Positions 7,458 to 15,486 of a stretch of DNA of 29,517 bases are shown in pieces. Every line of letters starts with the position of its first letter. Position 1 is the stretch's first letter. The DNA is taken from positions 1 to 29,517 of IMG/VR virus record IMGVR_UViG_3300036943_000184. One strand, given 5' to 3'. Below the pieces are notes generated by a model. The model did no database searches. It had not been told where the DNA came from and was given only the letters and a program-made list of their open reading frames with translations. The position numbers and the translations under genes were made by a program. This DNA comes from a virus. Lineage: Duplodnaviria; Caudoviricetes.

Positions 7458-9247
7458 GGAGCGTCCTCCTCCCGATGTAACGGATAATTAAAAGTAGCTT
7501 CCATTGCCTTTATTCTATCGGTGATTTCAGACTTTACAAAGGGAATAAGATTCATTTCTGCCATCTTAGCGTGTACAACTAACCCTCCCGCATCATTCTT
7601 CGACTTACTGACTATTTCCAATGCGGGTGCACGTACAATAACCTCTTCTTCATCATCATACTCTCCAACCCCACTACTAATTATCGCCTCCATAAACCCC
7701 TGATTTTCTCCCGCCTCAATCAAATTGGCTACATCAACCCCTACAATGGGGTTATCTTCACTATTGTCAATCACAAGAAGAACCCTAGTAACCCCTTGAA
7801 ACTTCCTACTCGCGATTTCTTCGCTATGGGTAAAAGACGCCAGTCCAATTGGAATTACATCACCTATTTTACCTTTCTCCCATTCATCATTTCCAGTCCC
7901 ACGGTATAAAAACTCATCCTGTATCTTTGACATCTTTGCTTCAATGGTAGCAACAATAGGATTAAATGACCCAGACGGTTCATCTACATTTCCTACCTGT
8001 GCGGCAACTCTTCGCTCATTATCCAACGCCTTCGCATCCTCTCGGTTTTCATTAACACTTCCCCGAACCCATCGACCAACTATTTCTAAATCCTCATAAG
8101 ACCAAGCCTCTCCATAATCATCAAGAATAGAGACATCCTCAGTCATTGCGCTTTCTGCTTCCTCTGCCGCATCTTCCTGTATCCGCTTTGCGACATACAG
8201 ACCCATATCGCCCTCATAAGCAAACGCTATAACTGCCGCCCCATACATATATGTATCAGCCAAACTAGGGTATTCAACATCAAAATCGTCAGCATCAAAC
8301 ATCTCAGAAGTTAAATCCTGACCTGCGTCTTCAGCCCATTTCAGAATATCATCTTCATAAGCGGCTATATCGTTGTAGTCATTACTTGAAAGGGCCTCCT
8401 GTATAGTATCAATATTCCTCCGTAACGTTTCTGCCGAATCAAGATCAATATTTTGTTGAACTGCCAGTCTGACGTCATCCTCCTCATATATTGATATGTC
8501 ACGCCGAACCCTTGATACATCATTGCCCGTTTTCATGTCCCAGTTTTCTTCAACCCAGCTTTTTACAGTTTGATAATCCGTTCCGGTAAGTTTAGAATAC
8601 CCATCCTCCTCGTTAAAGTCTCCTTGAAAAAAATCTGCGAATATTGATCTGATCTCATCATCACGCTCTTCATCAGTGAGTACTTTTGTCGGCTCAGTAT
8701 AACTATAGGTTTCGGGGTCTGAACCGGATAAGGGAACATCTGTAATTTTATCCCTTGAATCCAAAAGCTGCTGCATCCCTTTTTCAGTATACTGTATAGT
8801 TCTATTTTTTAACGATTCTATCGCTTCCTCGGGGGAATACTCCCCCGGTCCAACTCGTAAACCAGTAGTCAACTCCGATACTACATACTTCGGGCCTATA
8901 GTTTGGGATTCTTTATCCATGGCCAAATGGCATACAAACGTAGCCCCCAGGTACCTAAATACCGAATGGATATATTTTGAGGGTACCTTTGTTCTTTGTT
9001 TGTTTCCGTAGGTATGCTGGATATAAAATCCATCCGGCATATTCTTTATATCCCGTGGATTATCTGGAAGTTCTTGTTCAACCTGTCCTTGAGTTATTAT
9101 CGTCGGCCCCTCCGGGGGAGTATCCGCCTTTACATAAAAGGTCTGCATAAAAGTCTTTCCGTTTTTAGTAACCTGTTTTTTTACCGGAACCAGACCTGTT
9201 TTTGCTTTACTCAGTCTTGATGGACTCGTCCGTATTAGTAATTTCAT
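7445..9247 (-). CDS. Multidomain protein with C-terminal R-S-E clade ADP-ribosyltransferase domain
   Basis: FLYRGT (Arg), LASFTHSEEIA (Ser strand), YDDEEEVIV (ExE) in the right order. N-terminal leader ends in LSKA, followed by the GLVPVKKQVTKNGKTFMQTFYV module. Confidence 0.7.
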   Translation of the reverse strand: MKLLIRTSPSRLSKAKTGLVPVKKQVTKNGKTFMQTFYVKADTPPEGPTIITQGQVEQELPDNPRDIKNMPDGFYIQHTYGNKQRTKVPSKYIHSVFRYLGATFVCHLAMDKESQTIGPKYVVSELTTGLRVGPGEYSPEEAIESLKNRTIQYTEKGMQQLLDSRDKITDVPLSGSDPETYSYTEPTKVLTDEERDDEIRSIFADFFQGDFNEEDGYSKLTGTDYQTVKSWVEENWDMKTGNDVSRVRRDISIYEEDDVRLAVQQNIDLDSAETLRRNIDTIQEALSSNDYNDIAAYEDDILKWAEDAGQDLTSEMFDADDFDVEYPSLADTYMYGAAVIAFAYEGDMGLYVAKRIQEDAAEEAESAMTEDVSILDDYGEAWSYEDLEIVGRWVRGSVNENREDAKALDNERRVAAQVGNVDEPSGSFNPIVATIEAKMSKIQDEFLYRGTGNDEWEKGKIGDVIPIGLASFTHSEEIASRKFQGVTRVLLVIDNSEDNPIVGVDVANLIEAGENQGFMEAIISSGVGEYDDEEEVIVRAPALEIVSKSKNDAGGLVVHAKMAEMNLIPFVKSEITDRIKAMEATFNYPLHREEDAPWNQ

Positions 9248-9722
9248 ATGTCACCGCCCCTACTGTACTCTCTTCATTGGAATAGTCTTGTACCCATATA
9301 CTCCCAAGGATTCCCAACAAAGCAACAAATATCATAACCAATGCTGTCGCCCCAAACTTAGCAATAGCATGGATTTCTTTCTGAGCATTGTCGATATTCT
9401 TCTGTAACTGCTTTGTAGTATTACGGAACTCTATCGCTAAATCCCCCATACGAACATCCATCCCATTTATCCGGTCACCAAATCCATTAAAAACTTTGTT
9501 TTCCATCCGGCGTATCGTATCTGTATGCCTGTTCAAAATGTCAGAGTGCCCTTGAATAACAGTCACAATTGATGAGTGTTCCTTCAAAGCAGCGGTATTT
9601 TCCGAAAGCTCTTTATCTATTTTATCAAACCGCCCACTACATACAAGTTTATACTGCTGTCCACTTGTCAGATTTGTCCCATCCTGAGATTTTTTCCTTG
9701 GTGCCATATAATAATCTCCCAT
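9207..9722 (-). CDS. Coiled-coil protein with one C-terminal transmembrane helix
   Basis: Heptad-like region followed by FGATALVMIFVALLGILGSIWV. Confidence 0.65.
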   Translation of the reverse strand: MGDYYMAPRKKSQDGTNLTSGQQYKLVCSGRFDKIDKELSENTAALKEHSSIVTVIQGHSDILNRHTDTIRRMENKVFNGFGDRINGMDVRMGDLAIEFRNTTKQLQKNIDNAQKEIHAIAKFGATALVMIFVALLGILGSIWVQDYSNEESTVGAVTYEITNTDESIKTE

Positions 9723-10432
9723 TACTTGAAAAATCTCCCCACCACCAACCGAATTGCCTTTACAATATCCGCCAAAGTCATCGTAAACCGTACAGGATTC
9801 CCCGCTATCTCTACTTCTGTATAAAAGTCATCAGCGTCAGGGACATATTCGTACCCGCTTCCTGACATCACCGCCTCTCCTCGGGAATCGCCAGTAGTTT
9901 TTATCATATCGCTTTTTCCATTCTCTACAAATAGAATAGTATCCTGATGGTATTTTGTACCTAGTCGCATCAGCTCTTCTTTATTCGCGTCATGACACAT
10001 AACAAATAAACTCTCTTCCGGCTCTCCATATCTACCCTTAGCGGGGGTATACATAAACCCCTTATCTATCAAGTCTTGTTTTAGCTTCGCATCCCGCCTG
10101 CGTATCTGCGCATCGGACATATGTTTATCAGAGGAACGTTCAGGATTACGCCCTGCACTAATCATACAAAAAGTAGAATTATTAAGTAAATAATCAAGGT
10201 CCTTTCTGGATGATATATGCTTTGCTCCACCTTTTCCCGGATCGCGCCGTCGAAACATTGCCTTCAACCGTTCAGGAGTATGCACAACCTCTTCCGCCGC
10301 TATATGCGCATGTTTGCCAGTCGGTAGGCGATACACGTATATCCACTTACCGTTTTTTCCTTTGTACTTTCGCAAGTATTTCGCCTTCAAAAGATCGCTC
10401 TTTAATAGTTTTGCCAACTGTATTGCGTTCAT
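9722..10432 (-). CDS. DUF3293-like protein with leader and 'KY..K..GKW.Y.Y' module
   Basis: CMISAGRNP...LKQDLIDKGF...GRYGEPEESLFV...LMRLGTKYHQDTILF resembles DUF3293. Flanked by LLKS/LLKA and IVKA motifs. Confidence 0.6.
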   Translation of the reverse strand: MNAIQLAKLLKSDLLKAKYLRKYKGKNGKWIYVYRLPTGKHAHIAAEEVVHTPERLKAMFRRRDPGKGGAKHISSRKDLDYLLNNSTFCMISAGRNPERSSDKHMSDAQIRRRDAKLKQDLIDKGFMYTPAKGRYGEPEESLFVMCHDANKEELMRLGTKYHQDTILFVENGKSDMIKTTGDSRGEAVMSGSGYEYVPDADDFYTEVEIAGNPVRFTMTLADIVKAIRLVVGRFFK

Positions 10433-10433
10433 A

Positions 10434-10799
10434 TTATACTCCCTCTCGGTTATGCTCTCCGGGTATGGTGTGTAACTTTGCAGCAGTAATTGACTCTTCG
10501 GCCATCACTATCGCCCTCTCAAGAGACATTCGATCATTCAACGCTTGCTCATATCTATCTTTAAGATTGAAATATTTCTCATCCCTTTCTTTCGGTTTAT
10601 TAGACACATAAGGTTCAAGCCTCTTTTTCAGCCCTCTCAATTCATTGTTTATTCGCCCAATATGCTTAGACGCCGTATCGATTATCCATTCCTGTTCGCG
10701 GATAATCTCTTCGGACTTAACTCCAAGCTTCACCCTCTGTTTATCAAGTTTATTCGCACTCTGTTCTACTGTATCACGCACTTCTGGTCTCCTTTTCAA
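10434..10799 (-). CDS. Hypothetical coiled-coil protein
   Basis: 121 aa, helical, fills the gap between neighbours. Confidence 0.6.
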   Translation of the reverse strand: MKRRPEVRDTVEQSANKLDKQRVKLGVKSEEIIREQEWIIDTASKHIGRINNELRGLKKRLEPYVSNKPKERDEKYFNLKDRYEQALNDRMSLERAIVMAEESITAAKLHTIPGEHNREGV

Positions 10800-13700
10800 G
10801 TTTATTCAAAAGACCAAAAAACCCAGTATCGTCGGCACCAGAAACTCCTCTTGGGTTCCCCATAATACCCTGCTCACGACGCTTCGTTTCCAGAATATCC
10901 TCACCACGCATATCAAGAGGATTGTTTCCACTAAGTACATATGTATGAGTATCACGATTCTGGCCCTTTCTGAATACCCTCGCGTTCCGCTGCTCAAACG
11001 CCGAGTAGCTATCTGGAATATCAAGATGAAAAGTAACTGTACCCCCACCCTGCAAATTATGACCCGATTCAAGACTTTTAGTACCCACAATAAAGCGTAA
11101 AGGATCGTCCGGGTCATTGAATCTCTTCTTCAATTTTCGGACTTCGCTTGCCTTAGTATCCCCGTCTATAATCCCACAACATCCCTTTCCATACTCCCTC
11201 TCAAGCCGCGCTATTGTAGTTGCCGCCGCTTTCTTGACCGGAACTCCGGGCCTGGATACATGGATGACTGCTTTTCCTCCCGGATGCCGCTCATTCATAA
11301 TATTAACCATTTGAGTTAGCTTCGCATTATCCTGATCGCCACTATCAGTAACAATCTCATAATTTCTTGAATCACGCTTTGCCGCCGCACCGGGAACCTT
11401 TCTTTCTCGCTCCTCTCGATACAACCGTTCACTAGCCGCATATGCCTTTCTTTGTTGAGCGGTAAGGGGAACCCTAAACCGTTCCACCGTATTTTTAATG
11501 GGAAGGTTATTTTTTTGAGTATATGTCCACCGTGAAATCTCTTTTCTGAATGCATCATTGGCCGCATCAGCAAATATGCCCGTCCCTTGGTTTAATCCTT
11601 TATACCGTTTTTCAAAATCACTCATCGACCCCAAAGTATGGTCGGGGTCTATAAAATTGATTTTTCTGTATAGCTCCTTCTTTTTGTTTTTGATGTTCGT
11701 ACCGGACATTCCAATTTTGAGCGGAATATCAGAAAGCTCCATCAAACCTTTATATCGCCCCGACCCCCCAGTTCCGGCAGTCATTTCATGAATCTCATCC
11801 ACAACTACCATATCATATCCCGCATCCTTTAATGCTTGATAGTCTGTCCGTAACTGATCATGCCCAATTATCATAATCCCATCTTGCTTATATCTTTCCA
11901 ATCGAGCTTTTCGACTAAGACCCTCGTGCGCATATCGTACATTTCCCTGCTCTTCCGAATCGAGAAACGTTTTTCGCTCATCGTACATCTGACCACGAAG
12001 CTTTGCCGGAGTAACAATAAGAACCTTCTTCGCCCCCATATTCTTCATTGCTTCCATAGCCGCCGAATACGCCACAGCAGTCTTACCAAGCCCGGCCTCA
12101 AAATCCAACAATACATGCTTCTGTTCTTTGAAAAACCTCAAACCCGCCTCTTGTGCCGGGAGTAATTCAATACTATCTTTAATCCCCGGCGGCTTATACC
12201 CATCATTGGCAGAATAATTTTTTATACTGGTCAAAGTGTCTTCGGTATCTCTCAACTCGGCATTCTTTTTGAAGAACATATCAAGATCGTCCTTCTTTAT
12301 TTCCAATATAAGCCGTTTGCCTTTTCCCTGCTTTACCGTTTTGATGGAATAAGTTCCCTTTTCCAACCCGGCCTTCTTTGCCTTTTTCCGCGCCCGTGAA
12401 AGGTCTTTCCCTATATCCACTTGGACAACATCCCCCGGAGGGTCTTCCAATGCATTTATCATATGCGCAACTGCCCGAAGCGATCCTACAGCCGTACCGA
12501 GTGCCCTCTGCCCCGCGGTTATTTGCTTCAAAGCGTGGCCATTTGCCGACGCCATTGAAAGTATCGCCTCTGCATCTTCAGTATCTCGTGCAAGGTTTCG
12601 GAGCTCTTCCGCATTCTCAAATCGACGAGTACTTTCCTCCATTGCCTGATCGACAACCTTCTGGCGTTCGGTCTCTGCATAAGCTTCGAGTGCTTTTCGA
12701 ACTACCTCACCCTTACCATCCCGTTGTAATTTTATCGTTACTGCCCGTGCAATAGCCTCCAATCCGAGCTGTTCTACAGTCTCCGTCGAGAAAGTCGCAC
12801 CTACGCCATAGATATCCCCCAATAACCCATTCAATGCCGAAACAGAACCCTCATCCACATACTTTTGGATAGTCTGTGATTGCGCGTTTAGTTTGTCATA
12901 AAGGGCTATATTTTTCTGGGTCTCGATCTGATCCTTAATCTCTTTCTCAATATCTTCCAAGTCCTTCTTACTTACTCCGGCATATACTTCCCCGACTCTA
13001 AGGGTAGAAGGCACATCCGCAACTCCCTTTCCGATCTCTTTCATTTTTTTTCTAAACTGTCTACGGGCGGCAAGAATCTCTTTCGCTTTATCTGTATCAA
13101 GAAGCTTTTTCAACTCGTTCTTTGCATTCGGGTCTTCGGGCATGTAATCATTCATTAACGTATCGAGGGCCTGACGTTCTACATCCTTTATCTTTCTCTT
13201 AATCGCCTTTTCCACTTCTTTTTCAGTTTGGGTATCTACCTCTTTCTGAAACTGTTGTTCATCTATAGTCTTTGCTCTCTTACGCCCCTCGACCATTTCC
13301 TTCGCACGGTCTACCAACTCGGTCATCTCATTCGTAGTAATCTCATTTCGTATGTCTTCCTTTGACATACCAAGTATCTGGGTAACCTGTTCTGTATATA
13401 ATTCACGGGCTTCGCGCTTTGCCTTCAATTCTTCCCGATGCTGGCGTACATGCTCTGCCTTTTCCTCCGCTGTAAGTTCGCGGGTCTCTTCTTTTCGTTT
13501 CTCTTCAACTTTCTTCCGTTTTTCTTGATAACCTTCCTCAGTAAGAACCCTATCTATCTTCAAGTGATTGAGCTTACCTCCCGCACCACCTACTACGACA
13601 TACCCACCATCGGCAGTACCTTGTATAAGAACATGCGCTCCACGGATAGTCACCCATCTCATGCCCCGGGCCTTCACCTCATCGGGGCTATAATAACTCT

Positions 13701-15486
13701 TTGTCCCTGTAGCTTTTTCGAGCCCATGAAACCACCAAAATGGAATTATCTTTCGCCCCTCTTTCAGGTACCAAATCCCCTGATCGCTTTTCATTAGGGA
13801 CATATCTGGAATTATATATCCCATTGATTTTTCCATTGCATACACTACCTTATGATCTAACGCGCTGTCTAAGAATGAAGTCAACTGTGATTTGGGAACC
13901 AAATGAACACTCTCTGATTCCCACCCCATATCAGTAGGACGCCCCCCAACCCTTCGCCCTGTATAATACCGAGTAACTGAAGTAGTCCTTGCTACGTCAG
14001 TCAGGTATCCAGTTATCTCTACCTTTAATCCACTCTCTTCCCATGTTTCCTTTATGGCGTTCGCTTGCATAGAAAGTCCGGGGTCTACCTTTCCTTTTGG
14101 AAACGTATTTTGATACCCCCCAAACCCCCCGGCAGGAGACACTACCCATACCCGACCGTCCGGCTCTTCTACTACCACCCCTGAAGCTGTAGGCATCCCA
14201 GTAAGCGGCGCATCCGGCTCTTCTATATCATAGTTTTGCCCCTCCACATTTTTCCAACCCTCTTGTGATTGTGGGGGAGACCAAGAAGTAAACGGGATAC
14301 CGTTTAGCGCATTTGCAACCGGACTGTCGGTAGTAAATGACTCTACCTTGGAGGAGCTTTTCGCCTTTGTCAAATCTTTCAACGAATCAATTCGAAGCTC
14401 CATCGTTCTACGTAACTTCGGGTCATCTATTGCATGTAAAATCTGTTGTTTTTTTGCAAGAACTGTATCCACCTGATCTGCAATCTCCTCATCCGTCACA
14501 TCCTGAAATACTCTCCCAGCACCCATATACGGATTGCGCATTGTGGCTATCTCACCAACCTCTGCACCAAAGGAATCCCCCTTTGGCTTTCCTTGTGCTC
14601 GGTAACGCATTGAACCCCCATTATCAATCCGCCATGCCCTCTCGCCATCCCACAAAATATTATCTTCATCCAACCCAAGAACATCCCAATTACCAAGTAA
14701 CGCATCCGCAACAAATCCGTCCTTTAAGCTCTCTATCGCCTCATCGCGCTCTTCATAATCCAAATCCGACAGCGGTGTTCCCTCAATATACTCTGCCGCC
14801 TGTGCTATTCCATTTTCAGTGTCGACCATTTTTACTTTCGGTACCGGAACTCCAAGGATATTATAAATCTTATTAGCAACATATTCCTCTTTCAGATGTT
14901 CCGGGCTAGTAGACTGCTTCAACACAACCCGCTCCCCAGATAAAGACTGTGCTAAAATCGCACCACCAGTAGTTCCGCCAAGATTTTGAAGCTCATTATA
15001 AACAAGCTTCCTCGGCTTTCGTTTGGTATTGCCGTTATTCGGGTATACGTAATTCCACCTACCGTTTTTGTAGTACTTTTTTATGTACTTTGATTTCTCC
15101 AAACTAATTCCGCGTTTGATAATTTCCTCATTCAACGCCTCCAATCGAATCGCCGCAAGATTCACCAAACGTATTTTATTAGCGGTCTTTGGCATTTTAC
15201 TAAAACGATCAAGGTCATTTGAAGTTGATTTGAACTCGTCAATTAGTTTATCATCCGCCATAGTATGAAAAGATTTGAAATCTGGTTTTTGATTATATTT
15301 ATTCGATACCGAAACCCATTTTCCTTCAGCCACCTTTTTCCGGCCATGAGATACTGTTCCTATAGGCATTCGCTTTGCCTTTTCTATACCATCATTTTTT
15401 AAGTCATCTAATCCAATATGACCAATAGTATCATCCATATTAAAATTACCCTTCGTATCAATCAACTCACGCCTACCACTTTTCAT
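10774..15486 (-). CDS. Giant polyvalent protein: HipA/PI3-4-kinase-like domain + Nudix hydrolase + SNF2-like SF2 helicase (likely start 15486, not 15585)
   Basis: Kinase: LGGTTGGA, VLKQ, EEYVANKIY, DALLGNWD...DNI, RIDNGG. Nudix box: FPKGKVDPGLSMQANAIKETWEESGL. Helicase: EAGLGKT, VVDEIH, SGT, ESGHNLQ, QRNARVFRKGQ. GGAGG SD precedes ATG 15486. Confidence 0.85.
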   Translation of the reverse strand: MKSGRRELIDTKGNFNMDDTIGHIGLDDLKNDGIEKAKRMPIGTVSHGRKKVAEGKWVSVSNKYNQKPDFKSFHTMADDKLIDEFKSTSNDLDRFSKMPKTANKIRLVNLAAIRLEALNEEIIKRGISLEKSKYIKKYYKNGRWNYVYPNNGNTKRKPRKLVYNELQNLGGTTGGAILAQSLSGERVVLKQSTSPEHLKEEYVANKIYNILGVPVPKVKMVDTENGIAQAAEYIEGTPLSDLDYEERDEAIESLKDGFVADALLGNWDVLGLDEDNILWDGERAWRIDNGGSMRYRAQGKPKGDSFGAEVGEIATMRNPYMGAGRVFQDVTDEEIADQVDTVLAKKQQILHAIDDPKLRRTMELRIDSLKDLTKAKSSSKVESFTTDSPVANALNGIPFTSWSPPQSQEGWKNVEGQNYDIEEPDAPLTGMPTASGVVVEEPDGRVWVVSPAGGFGGYQNTFPKGKVDPGLSMQANAIKETWEESGLKVEITGYLTDVARTTSVTRYYTGRRVGGRPTDMGWESESVHLVPKSQLTSFLDSALDHKVVYAMEKSMGYIIPDMSLMKSDQGIWYLKEGRKIIPFWWFHGLEKATGTKSYYSPDEVKARGMRWVTIRGAHVLIQGTADGGYVVVGGAGGKLNHLKIDRVLTEEGYQEKRKKVEEKRKEETRELTAEEKAEHVRQHREELKAKREARELYTEQVTQILGMSKEDIRNEITTNEMTELVDRAKEMVEGRKRAKTIDEQQFQKEVDTQTEKEVEKAIKRKIKDVERQALDTLMNDYMPEDPNAKNELKKLLDTDKAKEILAARRQFRKKMKEIGKGVADVPSTLRVGEVYAGVSKKDLEDIEKEIKDQIETQKNIALYDKLNAQSQTIQKYVDEGSVSALNGLLGDIYGVGATFSTETVEQLGLEAIARAVTIKLQRDGKGEVVRKALEAYAETERQKVVDQAMEESTRRFENAEELRNLARDTEDAEAILSMASANGHALKQITAGQRALGTAVGSLRAVAHMINALEDPPGDVVQVDIGKDLSRARKKAKKAGLEKGTYSIKTVKQGKGKRLILEIKKDDLDMFFKKNAELRDTEDTLTSIKNYSANDGYKPPGIKDSIELLPAQEAGLRFFKEQKHVLLDFEAGLGKTAVAYSAAMEAMKNMGAKKVLIVTPAKLRGQMYDERKTFLDSEEQGNVRYAHEGLSRKARLERYKQDGIMIIGHDQLRTDYQALKDAGYDMVVVDEIHEMTAGTGGSGRYKGLMELSDIPLKIGMSGTNIKNKKKELYRKINFIDPDHTLGSMSDFEKRYKGLNQGTGIFADAANDAFRKEISRWTYTQKNNLPIKNTVERFRVPLTAQQRKAYAASERLYREERERKVPGAAAKRDSRNYEIVTDSGDQDNAKLTQMVNIMNERHPGGKAVIHVSRPGVPVKKAAATTIARLEREYGKGCCGIIDGDTKASEVRKLKKRFNDPDDPLRFIVGTKSLESGHNLQGGGTVTFHLDIPDSYSAFEQRNARVFRKGQNRDTHTYVLSGNNPLDMRGEDILETKRREQGIMGNPRGVSGADDTGFFGLLNKLEKETRSA

